Virus record (IMG/VR): IMGVR_UViG_3300009158_000042
Strand: one strand, 5' to 3'
Length of the DNA: 64,000 bases
Source: an uncultured virus (IMG/VR IMGVR_UViG_3300009158_000042)
Taxonomy: Duplodnaviria; Heunggongvirae; Uroviricota; Caudoviricetes
Below the pieces are notes generated by a model. It was not told the DNA's origin. It worked only from the letters and a program-made list of their open reading frames with translations, and searched no databases. Both the position numbers and the translations under genes were made by a program. This document shows, piece by piece, positions 29,475-38,042 of the stretch (position 1 is the stretch's first letter; the number at the start of each line of letters is the position of its first letter).

Positions 29475-30083
29475 ATGAACACACACCCACACCACGCAGC
29501 AGTAGTAGACGCAATCAAGGCGCTACCTGCTTACACAGACCCGCAGACATTCTTTGAGTCAGAACTAGCCGAGTGCTACTCAGACGAGGAGCTTGTAGAA
29601 ACATTCGGCTGGGACGGAGACAAGGCGCTCACAATCAAGCAGGCGCTCAAAGCAGTCAAGGAGCTTTGCGAGCTTCGTCAAGATGTTTACGGCTGGATTA
29701 TTGAGGAAGGCGACCGAGAGCGCGAAGCAGAGCAAGAGGCGTACAAGCGCTGGCGCGAAGAACAAGAGGCAGCTAGCCGTTGTGGTTGGCTCGTAGAGCG
29801 CTCATGGGAAGCAGCTTTCCCATTCGTGCCGAACCCCGAATACACAGATGAGGAGAACGCCGAACACAGGCAGTGGCACGGTGAAAGCCTCGGTGAACGA
29901 GCAGCAGAGTCAGGCAACCGCTACGCAATCGTTGATTGTGGTGCGAAGCTCGCAGATGTCATTCGCAACGGCGTGCGAGTTGGTTGGGAGTGCGAAGCAG
30001 GTCACCGTTCCATCAGCATGGAACACATGACGCAAGAGGAGCAGGACGAGCAATACCGCTTGGATTACGAGGACAGCTACTAG
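29475..30083 (+). CDS. Hypothetical acidic protein
   Basis: ORF, RBS aaggaagg, followed by motif and GC hairpin. Confidence 0.65.
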   Translation: MNTHPHHAAVVDAIKALPAYTDPQTFFESELAECYSDEELVETFGWDGDKALTIKQALKAVKELCELRQDVYGWIIEEGDREREAEQEAYKRWREEQEAASRCGWLVERSWEAAFPFVPNPEYTDEENAEHRQWHGESLGERAAESGNRYAIVDCGAKLADVIRNGVRVGWECEAGHRSISMEHMTQEEQDEQYRLDYEDSY

Positions 30084-30249
30084 CCACCTCTTGGAATAGA
30101 TAAGTTCTCCCCACGCCCCCACCCCCCCTTCCATCAGGGGCGTGGGGTTTATCGCAGGGACAAGCCCCGTTCGGGTTCGTTTCCGTCGGGGCTCTCATCG
30201 TTAGCGCGAAATGTCCGTAGGTCTGTACCTCCCCGGGTACTCTGTGGCC

Positions 30250-30579
30250 ATGACAAAAAAACACTTCACCGATTACACCAAAGCCGAAGCATGGGCCGAG
30301 AAAAACAACCTCGCCCTAGAACCCATCGGAACCTGCTGGGAGGAGCACACAGTGGCCTCATGGAAGAGCGATACCACCCGTATCGAAATATGGATTCAGG
30401 AGATGGAATACGCAGCAGAGCACGAGCGTGGCGGATACATCCCTTGCCTTGTGGATTGCCCTGTAGTCCTCGTGTGGGACGGCCTAGAGGCCAATGCGCC
30501 CTACACGCTCCACCCTGACTTCTGCACGCTCACAGAGGCTCGCAAGGGCTTCGATGAGTTGGTCAGGCAAGCGAGTTAG
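30250..30579 (+). CDS. Hypothetical protein (probably leaderless)
   Basis: ATG 7 nt after the -10 of promoter copy 30215. Confidence 0.55.
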   Translation: MTKKHFTDYTKAEAWAEKNNLALEPIGTCWEEHTVASWKSDTTRIEIWIQEMEYAAEHERGGYIPCLVDCPVVLVWDGLEANAPYTLHPDFCTLTEARKGFDELVRQAS

Positions 30580-30863
30580 ACACCCGGTGAACTTTTTCTC
30601 CCCGGCACGAAATTCCCTGCCGGGGAGAAATTCCGGCGGGTTTTTTCTTCACCGGAATTTCTTGCCGGAATCGGAAAGATTTTGCGCTAATGGTAGAAGC
30701 CCCGTTCTCGTTCGTTCTCTATTGTTTCGAACGGGGCTCTCATCGGCTCGGGTGTTCGGCGCGAACAACACGCGATGGGGGTTGTGATAGATAAGTGTAG
30801 GTCTGTACCTGACCAGGTACGATGCTTGTACGGCGGGAAGTACCCGCCCATGAAGGGAAAGTC

Positions 30864-31145
30864 ATGAAGCAAGTAACAATCACATGGAAAGCGTTCGGCG
30901 AACCAACATCGGCTGCACTCGCGCTTGACACGAGCGCAAGCGCGTTGGAGATATGCGATGCAATATTCCACCAAACGAATGTTTACGCTGGTCCGATATG
31001 GGACGAACTGGAACCGCTCCTGCCAGCCACACGCACACACACTGCGCTTTCAGTTGGAGACGAAGTCACAGTTGATGGCGAAGTGATTCGGTGCGAGCCA
31101 ATGGGTTGGGCTACCAGGTTCATCGCTGACGCTCTTACTGAATAG
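30864..31145 (+). CDS. Hypothetical protein
   Basis: RTHTALSVGDEVTVDG...CEPMGW pattern. Confidence 0.6.
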   Translation: MKQVTITWKAFGEPTSAALALDTSASALEICDAIFHQTNVYAGPIWDELEPLLPATRTHTALSVGDEVTVDGEVIRCEPMGWATRFIADALTE

Positions 31146-31357
31146 ATAAGTCCCCCCAGCGGAGAACCCCACCTCACTCGGGTGGGGTTCTTCCCGTTCT
31201 CAAGACAGCCCCGTGGCTGTTCGGCACGAACGGGGCTCTCATCGGCGAGCGAGCGAGAATGATTGGGGGTCGCGATAGAAAAGTTTCCAAAAGAAAAGGT
31301 TGCAATCCTGTACCTGCTGTGGTACGATTTCATCAGACCAGTAGAAGGGGTTGACCA

Positions 31358-31657
31358 ATGAGGAAAGAGACACGCTCTCTCAAAAAGAAAGCCGAAGGCC
31401 TAGGCATTTCGGTAGATGAATTAGTTGAGGAAATGGAAGTCGGGAATCCCGACAAATCGTTCGTCATAACTGTGGCCTTTGACCGATACAAAGATTTGCG
31501 TTCGTTCGCAGACGAAATCGCTCAGAGAATGGGTCTCGCAATTTATCAGGCCGATTCACTTGACCACGAATACAACGGCAGTGTGCGAGACGGAATGTTC
31601 GTCCTGCGAGACCCGAACGGTTTCCACGGCAAACCAGACCATTGGAGGGTTGACTAG
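31358..31657 (+). CDS. Hypothetical protein
   Basis: Promoter copy 31300 and RBS aagggg. Confidence 0.6.
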   Translation: MRKETRSLKKKAEGLGISVDELVEEMEVGNPDKSFVITVAFDRYKDLRSFADEIAQRMGLAIYQADSLDHEYNGSVRDGMFVLRDPNGFHGKPDHWRVD

Positions 31658-31731
31658 TGGTGATAGATAAGTCCCCTTGTAGTTCTGTACCTTATGTAGT
31701 ACGCTCTGTTCAGACCACGGAAGGGGTTTCC

Positions 31732-32034
31732 ATGATAACAACGGAAAAATTCGAGATGCTCAAAGAGCAACTGGAAGCATCAACAGACCAGATGAAGAAA
31801 ATGGTAGAGGCGCTAAGAACGCCAACACCATGCGATTGCTGCTTCTCAGACGAGGAGAACGCTGAGAATTATCGCGATTTTGAGAACGCAGTTCGCGACC
31901 TCTCTAACGAATGTCAAGAGATTGCGATGAAGGCCTACGATTGCTACATGGCCATCACCCGCGCTCCACTGGAAATTGCGCTCGCACAACTGGATGCGAT
32001 GCAAGAGGGCTACCGCCTCCTCGCCGAACAATAG
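31732..32034 (+). CDS. Hypothetical helical protein
   Basis: Promoter copy 31677 and RBS gaagggg. Confidence 0.6.
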   Translation: MITTEKFEMLKEQLEASTDQMKKMVEALRTPTPCDCCFSDEENAENYRDFENAVRDLSNECQEIAMKAYDCYMAITRAPLEIALAQLDAMQEGYRLLAEQ

Positions 32035-32275
32035 GTAATAGATAAGTCCCCCGAGCACCCCCCGCTCGGGGGATTTTCTTTGCCCGTGACCCAGCCCGTA
32101 CTTGTAATAGATAAGTCCCCTGTTGTGATGAAGCCCCGTCTTCGGCGGAGTCCGTTCGTCTCCGACGGGGCTCTCATCGGCGAGCGAGCGAGAGTGCATT
32201 GGGGGTCGTGATAAAAAAGTGTAGGTCTGTACCTAGTGCAGTACAGTGTGGTCATACCAACGGAAGGGGTACGAG

Positions 32276-32782
32276 ATGCCAAAGACGGCTCTACAAGTAA
32301 AGACCACAGGTGAAGTAGTAATGCTTGACCTAGAGGGTGACGAACTAGCAACACTGCAGAGTGCAGTGGGCGGATACATTGAAGCAATAAACTTCACCAA
32401 CTCGCTGACTATGTGGTGCAACGAAGAAGGCAAACTAGACGGTCTCTCGCAGAACATCATTGCTCAACACTTCTATGACAATGCATACGGTGCAGGGCGT
32501 GACATTATCGTGGGTGATGTTGTATTCACTGGCGGTGCTGATGATGAAGGTGACACAATGGGTCTCCGTGAAGAATTGGTCAAAGACATTCACGAAGTAG
32601 CCGAGCGTCTTGCTCGCTCCGCAGTGTTCATCACCAAGGCAGAGACGAAGAAGGTCATGAGCTGGCAAGACCATCTCGGTGACGCTCCTATGACAGAGGA
32701 GAATGTGTGGCAGGCAATTGCTGATGCGAATGACCTTGACTACGACGAAATTGCTGACGGCGATTTATTTGAGTGGCTCTAG
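32276..32782 (+). CDS. DUF3846-like protein (paralog of 20038-20481)
   Basis: LQSAVGGYIE...WCNEEGKL...IVGDVVFTG. Confidence 0.75.
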   Translation: MPKTALQVKTTGEVVMLDLEGDELATLQSAVGGYIEAINFTNSLTMWCNEEGKLDGLSQNIIAQHFYDNAYGAGRDIIVGDVVFTGGADDEGDTMGLREELVKDIHEVAERLARSAVFITKAETKKVMSWQDHLGDAPMTEENVWQAIADANDLDYDEIADGDLFEWL

Positions 32783-32869
32783 CGCTCAATTATTGGTAAT
32801 AGATAAGTGCCAATTGTAGGTCTGAACCTACGGTGGTACTGTGTGGTCACCTAAGGAAAGGGGTACGCA

Positions 32870-33211
32870 ATGTCATCAGACATTACATTCATCAACAGAG
32901 TGCAGGAAGCACTCACGGCAGGCAAGGTTATCGGGGACGGGCACACTCTGTTCGCTCCCGAGTTCTACGAGCCGTACTTCACGGCAGAGGAACTCTCTAG
33001 CCTTATTCGTAAGCACGAATCTCACGGCTCGTGGAAATCCACCATCTTTGACGAGGACGGCAATGTCATTCCTGAATTAGAGGCTATCTACAATCTAGAT
33101 TTTCTCTACTGGCTCGCAGGGCAACTCGGAGTGACGGAGCGCACCACAGCGAACGGCAGAGGCTCGCAGGCTCAGCAACTCGTAGGGTACATCAGAGAAA
33201 TACTGGTCTAA
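32870..33211 (+). CDS. Hypothetical protein
   Basis: Promoter copy 32814 and RBS gaaagggg. Confidence 0.6.
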   Translation: MSSDITFINRVQEALTAGKVIGDGHTLFAPEFYEPYFTAEELSSLIRKHESHGSWKSTIFDEDGNVIPELEAIYNLDFLYWLAGQLGVTERTTANGRGSQAQQLVGYIREILV

Positions 33212-33425
33212 CCAACAGAGCCACAACGGCTCCCTACTGAATAGATAAGTCCCCCGAGTGTCATTGCTCGGGGGACTTGTCGTGTCCATGCACATTCGAG
33301 TCTTGTATCTGTAATAGATAAGTACCCCGCGCCAAGGAAGCCCCGGGTGACTCCGTTTCACACGGGGCTCTCTTGTGAGATTGTTTAAAGATGTGTAGGA
33401 TTGCTTAACTATTCAGGAGGACATC

Positions 33426-33629
33426 ATGGGAGAACCAAAGAAGAAAGCCACATCGCGTAAATCGCCGGCTAAGAAAAAAGCCGAGCCAGTAGTGCGTACG
33501 GTGACAGTGGGTAACGTGACCAGCACGCAGCCTCTTACGTACGTCACGAGCTTCCCGAAGGTAATTACAAAGTCGACAGATACCCGTATTAAGTCAGTCA
33601 ACGTAACAATCGTATTTGGAGAAGGCTGA
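33426..33629 (+). CDS. Hypothetical basic protein
   Basis: RBS aggagg. Confidence 0.55.
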   Translation: MGEPKKKATSRKSPAKKKAEPVVRTVTVGNVTSTQPLTYVTSFPKVITKSTDTRIKSVNVTIVFGEG

Positions 33630-33927
33630 ACCGGTGGTGGGGAAAGATGCATGGGGATTCGACCCTTCCGATATGATGGCCCGTATGAAAGAGGAGAAAA
33701 AGATGACGTTCGATGAATGGATTAAAGTAGGACTTGAGTCCGGATGGTGTGGTCCACCGGTCTGTTATACCCATGATGGGCTGCCAATGTCCGAAGAAGA
33801 AGAGTCAGAATTCGAAGAGGGAGACCCATGCATTCACGTGATTCGTATGTACGAGAGCGAAGAGCACAAGCAATCAATAGAGGACGCACACTCGCCGAGC
33901 CAGTGGCGCAATCACTACTCGAAGTAG
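33616..33927 (+). CDS. Hypothetical protein
   Basis: GWCGPPVCYTHDG...DPCIHVIR. Confidence 0.6.
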   Translation: MEKAEPVVGKDAWGFDPSDMMARMKEEKKMTFDEWIKVGLESGWCGPPVCYTHDGLPMSEEEESEFEEGDPCIHVIRMYESEEHKQSIEDAHSPSQWRNHYSK

Positions 33928-34120
33928 TTGATGAATTCGTAGCTTTCTTAAGGAACAGCGCAATATTCCACTTGCTAATGAGTCTGCTTGCTGGGTTCAT
34001 GGGGCTGATGAACACATCAGACTTCATAGCAACGCTACTGATTATATCTGCTGCAGCAAATTCACTTTACGCACTCCATTTGGGTGACGTGAATGGGGTT
34101 CTAGATAGATAAGTCGCTGA

Positions 34121-34468
34121 TTAGCAGCAGCGAGTGCGCCCGATGCGCGTTGGACGATGTGCTTTCACAATGTCGCCGGCAAGCTTTACTGCGCTTGATA
34201 CAGGGGTTGACTTCTTTGCTATTTCCTCAACAACCGGAGCAGTCTCTACTACTGGCTCAACGATTGCCTCGACTACCGGCTCTGGCTCAACTGGAGCAGG
34301 CTCAATGATTGGCTCTGGCTCGACTACTGTCTCTTCTTGGACAGGCTCAACTACTTGCTCTTCTGTGGCTTCCGTAACTATTTCGTCTACTTCGACGGTC
34401 TCGTTGCCAAATTCATCTGTTTTCTTGCGTGTTGCCATACGTATATTGTAGATGATGGTCACCTGCAC
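34121..34468 (-). CDS. Hypothetical Glu/Pro/Val-rich protein
   Basis: Low-complexity ORF. Confidence 0.5.
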   Translation of the reverse strand: MQVTIIYNIRMATRKKTDEFGNETVEVDEIVTEATEEQVVEPVQEETVVEPEPIIEPAPVEPEPVVEAIVEPVVETAPVVEEIAKKSTPVSSAVKLAGDIVKAHRPTRIGRTRCC

Positions 34469-34479
34469 TGGTACAACTC

Positions 34480-34686
34480 CTAGAAAAGGGCATCCTGAAT
34501 AGACACATTGAGGTTTTTATGGTCACATACATCATGTTTGTATCGATGAAGGTCCTCAACTACGCCGGCAACAGTATTGGTCTTGCCTCTAAGCCAGACG
34601 ATAGCCAATCTGCTGCACCCATTGTCTTGAGGCCGAAGAGCAAACCCGCACACCTCGCATGTGTAAAGAGGCGGAATTCCACTCAC
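34480..34686 (-). CDS. Hypothetical Zn-finger-like protein
   Basis: CEVCG...HDVC. Confidence 0.5.
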   Translation of the reverse strand: MSGIPPLYTCEVCGFALRPQDNGCSRLAIVWLRGKTNTVAGVVEDLHRYKHDVCDHKNLNVSIQDALF

Positions 34687-34892
34687 TTGTTAGCCATCCA
34701 ATCAACCACGTAACCAAAGGAATAATCCTCAAGGGCTTCGTCAGTTCCGCATCCGGAGCAGATTTCTGTTTTGTTGTCCAAACGGGAGAGAGCCCCCGGA
34801 TATGCGCCCGGATATATATTGTTCGGAATCTGTCCACCACAACGGGGACACTCGTACTTGTTTTCAGTTGCTGTTTCAGTATTTGTATTCAT
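34683..34892 (-). CDS. Small Zn-finger phage protein
   Basis: CPRCG...ALSRLDNKTEICSGCGTDEA. Confidence 0.65.
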   Translation of the reverse strand: MNTNTETATENKYECPRCGGQIPNNIYPGAYPGALSRLDNKTEICSGCGTDEALEDYSFGYVVDWMANK

Positions 34893-34901
34893 TAGTTTCT
34901 C

Positions 34902-35447
34902 CTAACGTAGGGATGAGTCAAGGTTGTAGTAATCATCAGATAGCCATGAGCGGAAAGATTTAATGTCTTTCTTTTTTACTAACACGGCTATTCCTGTTGA
35001 GAATACGTTTGATGTTGGGTCGGCCACTATAGCGACCGGGCATGGTGAATAGATTTCCCCTGCAAGCATAGCGTCTGCCCATTCATTAAAGTTCGCTTTG
35101 CGTTCACCGATTGGGTCGCCTCCCCAATTCGCTGTAGTCCACCCAGTGAGTACATTGTCCCACCCTTCGATTGTGGTGTCGTAGTGACCACGCCATCCAT
35201 CGCTCGATACCCATTCGCGTTTGATGTTGAGTTTGTGGGGGTCCACAGGGTTTCCGAATTCGTTAAAGATGTCAAGGTCGCCGACGTAGATTTTCACTAC
35301 CTTATCCTCGATTAGGTTGATAGTTGACGCTGACTGGCTGTCACTTTCCCAGCAACTCCAGCAGACATAGTCCTCCTTGACAGAGGCATAGCGACTGTCA
35401 TCACCACCTTCAGGGTCTATTGGTTCCCTGCACTCTGCGCATACCAT
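34902..35447 (-). CDS. Hypothetical protein
   Basis: CAEC...CWSC; WVSSDGWRGHY; RBS aggagg. Confidence 0.65.
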   Translation of the reverse strand: MVCAECREPIDPEGGDDSRYASVKEDYVCWSCWESDSQSASTINLIEDKVVKIYVGDLDIFNEFGNPVDPHKLNIKREWVSSDGWRGHYDTTIEGWDNVLTGWTTANWGGDPIGERKANFNEWADAMLAGEIYSPCPVAIVADPTSNVFSTGIAVLVKKKDIKSFRSWLSDDYYNLDSSLR

Positions 35448-35526
35448 TGGTTTCTCCTCCTTGGCTTAATGACTGAATGATACCCATAGGTGCACATTTA
35501 CGCAAACGCAGTGTAGGATAAATTAT

Positions 35527-35596
35527 GGCTAGTGGGACATGTGCTTCCGTTTCTCCTTTCGGTACCCCCTTCACGTGCATGTCTCGCTAGCCTTTT
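35527..35596 (+). ncRNA. Candidate single-hairpin small RNA with pyrimidine-rich loop
   Basis: 18-bp imperfect stem ggctagtgggacatgtgc/gtgcatgtctcgctagcc, T-run after it, TAAATT just upstream. Confidence 0.4.
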
Positions 35597-35623
35597 ATCT
35601 TGTAAGGGGTGAGGGCTCACAGT

Positions 35624-37543
35624 ATGCGACTTTATTTAGACAACGACGAGATAGTTCTTGACTTTCCGTTCGATAAAGAGCAAGTGAATGAACTCAAAGC
35701 AATCTCCGGTGCTCGCTGGGACAAGCTTACGAAATTGTGGCGACTACCTATCACCTCTGTAACCGAAGGAAGAGACTTCGCACTCAAGCACGGGTTTGAT
35801 GTAACCGTTGATGTAATGAAGTTCACTGTTCCTCAAGACAAGAAGCCATCTGCTGCTCGTGTATGGATAAACGCCGGCAGTATCAGTATTCGTTACCCGT
35901 ACGAGCGCGTGGCCATTAAAGCAATCAAGCAAATACCCGCAGTGTCTTGGGATGGGGAACAACGAGCGTGGACTGCACCCATGTCATCAGTCAAGAACGT
36001 AATTGCGTGGGCTGGAATGTTTAACGTTACGGTTGATAACGAAATCATGGTCGAAGCAACCCATGTAGAAGAAAAGACTAATCAACTCATCGAAGCATCT
36101 CGCTCTACTGATGCAGTCATAGCAATAGATAAGTTGCAGGGTGATTTGCTTCCGTATCAAAGAGCCGGTGTGCAGTATGCAGCCAACGCTCGTAGAACAT
36201 TCATCGCAGACGAGATGGGTCTTGGAAAGACAATTCAGGCAATATGCACTGTTGAGTACGTAATGGATTCGTATCCGGTAGTAGTTGTATGCCCACCGAG
36301 CCTTGTACTTAACTGGGCTAAGGAGTGGAATAAGTGGTTACCCGAGAGACGAGTAACTACCGTAACGAATAGGAAAGTGTTTCCAGATGAAGAAACATAT
36401 GACGTTGTCATCGTTGGTTACAGCAACATCCCTCACTGGGAGAAGAGGCTCACCGGACATCGCTCGTACATTTTCGACGAGAGTCACTATTGTAAGACGC
36501 CTACTGCACAACGAACCAAGGCAGCAGTCAAGATAGCCCGTAGTGCTCCGAAGGAAGGTCTTGTTCTCTGTCTTACCGGAACACCCGTGACCAACCGGCC
36601 AAACGAATACGCTTCACAACTCGAGATACTCGGAAGACTCAAAGAGTTCGGTGGGTTGTGGGGTTTCTACCGGCGTTATTGTGCTGCGTATCAAGACTCG
36701 TTTGGTCAATGGAACATCAGTGGGAACTCTCACTTAGATGAACTCAACGACAGACTACGTGGAGCGTGTTACATACGCCGAACAAAAGACCAAGTTCTTT
36801 CCGAGTTGCCACCCGTAGTCCATAGCCGGCTTGTCGTCGAAGGAAGCTCGGCCGGAATGAAGGAGTATGTCAAGGCAGAAAAGGACATCTTGTTCTACAT
36901 CGCTGAACGCGCACGGCAACTTGCTATAGAACGAGGCGAGCCGTCTCACAAAGCAGCGATGGCTGCAATGATTAGAGCCGAAGCCAATGAACACCTCGTT
37001 CGGTTGTCCATACTTAGAAGACTTGCTGCCAAAGCGAAGATGGATTCCGTACACGAATGGGTTGATGCGCACCTAGAGGACGGCAAGAAGGTAGTGATTG
37101 CTGCTCACCACAGAGAGATAGTCGACGAGTTGTCTAATAAGTACGGCAATCTACGTATCCAAGGAGGGATGTCCGTAGAGGAAGTCGAACTAAACAAGAA
37201 GAAGTTCCAAGAGTTAGGCGTCGACAAGGCACCCGTAATCGTTTTGTCGATGCAGGCAGCAAAGACCGGACACACGTTGACTGCTTCGGAGAACTGTCTG
37301 TTCGTGGAACTCCCGTGGACACCCGCGGACGTAGACCAAACTTACAGCAGATTGCACAGACTGGGACAAAAGGGCAGCGTGACGGCGACTTATCTATTAG
37401 CAGCCGGAACAATCGATGAAGATATTTACGATTTAATAGATAAAAAGCGTTCCGTAGTCGATGCAGCCGTAGAAGGTGGCGAAGTATCTAGCGTAAATGG
37501 CACCGTACAGATGATTATGGGCCTATTTGATAGGGCTCGCTAG
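35624..37543 (+). CDS. SNF2-family helicase, HARP/SMARCAL1-like annealing helicase
   Basis: ADEMGLGKT, DESH, LTGTP, GHTLT, QTYSRLHRLGQ; two N-terminal HARP-like repeats (FPFD..AISGARWD; YPYE..QIPAVSWD). Confidence 0.9.
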   Translation: MRLYLDNDEIVLDFPFDKEQVNELKAISGARWDKLTKLWRLPITSVTEGRDFALKHGFDVTVDVMKFTVPQDKKPSAARVWINAGSISIRYPYERVAIKAIKQIPAVSWDGEQRAWTAPMSSVKNVIAWAGMFNVTVDNEIMVEATHVEEKTNQLIEASRSTDAVIAIDKLQGDLLPYQRAGVQYAANARRTFIADEMGLGKTIQAICTVEYVMDSYPVVVVCPPSLVLNWAKEWNKWLPERRVTTVTNRKVFPDEETYDVVIVGYSNIPHWEKRLTGHRSYIFDESHYCKTPTAQRTKAAVKIARSAPKEGLVLCLTGTPVTNRPNEYASQLEILGRLKEFGGLWGFYRRYCAAYQDSFGQWNISGNSHLDELNDRLRGACYIRRTKDQVLSELPPVVHSRLVVEGSSAGMKEYVKAEKDILFYIAERARQLAIERGEPSHKAAMAAMIRAEANEHLVRLSILRRLAAKAKMDSVHEWVDAHLEDGKKVVIAAHHREIVDELSNKYGNLRIQGGMSVEEVELNKKKFQELGVDKAPVIVLSMQAAKTGHTLTASENCLFVELPWTPADVDQTYSRLHRLGQKGSVTATYLLAAGTIDEDIYDLIDKKRSVVDAAVEGGEVSSVNGTVQMIMGLFDRAR

Positions 37544-37995
37544 GGCTTTGGAGCGTCTTCTGACTCGTTAGTATCGACGCCATTGACGATTTCTGCGGCT
37601 ATTAGCTTGGAGTATTTTCTCCGTAAGCGCCAAATCTTCTTGTTCATCTCCATTAGGCGGTTACTCATACGTGCCTTTATGACAGCATCGTCGTCGAACA
37701 CCCCGTGGTTATCAAAGAGGGCATCATGAAGGTCAGCATCCTCAAGGATTATGTCTGAAATCCACCCAGCACGCTTATCGATAGCGAGCATCAATTCACA
37801 CATGCCTTCAACGCCGAACTCTTTCCAGAGACGATTGACAACGATAGAGCAGAAGTGTGACCGGTACATCTTTTCTGCCTTACTTGATTGAGACATGAAG
37901 TCCGATAGCCATACCGCTAACTCTTCAGTGGTTGGGGCATCGTCGTCTTCTGAGTCGAAGTCATAGAAACGTTCATTATCACTATTGTTGTCCAT
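37540..37995 (-). CDS. Hypothetical protein
   Basis: ORF track. Confidence 0.6.
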   Translation of the reverse strand: MDNNSDNERFYDFDSEDDDAPTTEELAVWLSDFMSQSSKAEKMYRSHFCSIVVNRLWKEFGVEGMCELMLAIDKRAGWISDIILEDADLHDALFDNHGVFDDDAVIKARMSNRLMEMNKKIWRLRRKYSKLIAAEIVNGVDTNESEDAPKP

Positions 37996-38042
37996 GATGC
38001 CTCACTTAATCTCGTGATACACAATGATACAGCGTAATGATG

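Larger units (their letters stand above)
14676..33369. repeat. Composite intergenic element: AGCCCCG-N16/17/27-CGGGGCT core with outer arm(s) TTTTTATCNCNACCCCC / GGGGGTNGNGATAAAAA, 16 copies
   Basis: Cores at 14722, 17788, 19608, 21180, 22088, 22994, 24423, 25706, 26421, 27196, 29054, 30163, 30698, 31207, 32132, 33339. Confidence 0.9.

Noticed and set aside
14676..33369. CRISPR array or mini-array interpretation of the repeats
   Set aside because: Repeats are inverted and separated by whole genes, not direct repeats with 30-40-bp spacers; no cas genes in the window
14676..33369. Integron attC cassette array
   Set aside because: No RYYYAAC/GTTRRRY ends, the interior does not pair along its length, the modules carry their own promoters, and no IntI is visible
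14676..33369. MITE/IS ends
   Set aside because: No target-site duplications seen, most copies have only one arm, interior sequences are unrelated, and no transposase is present
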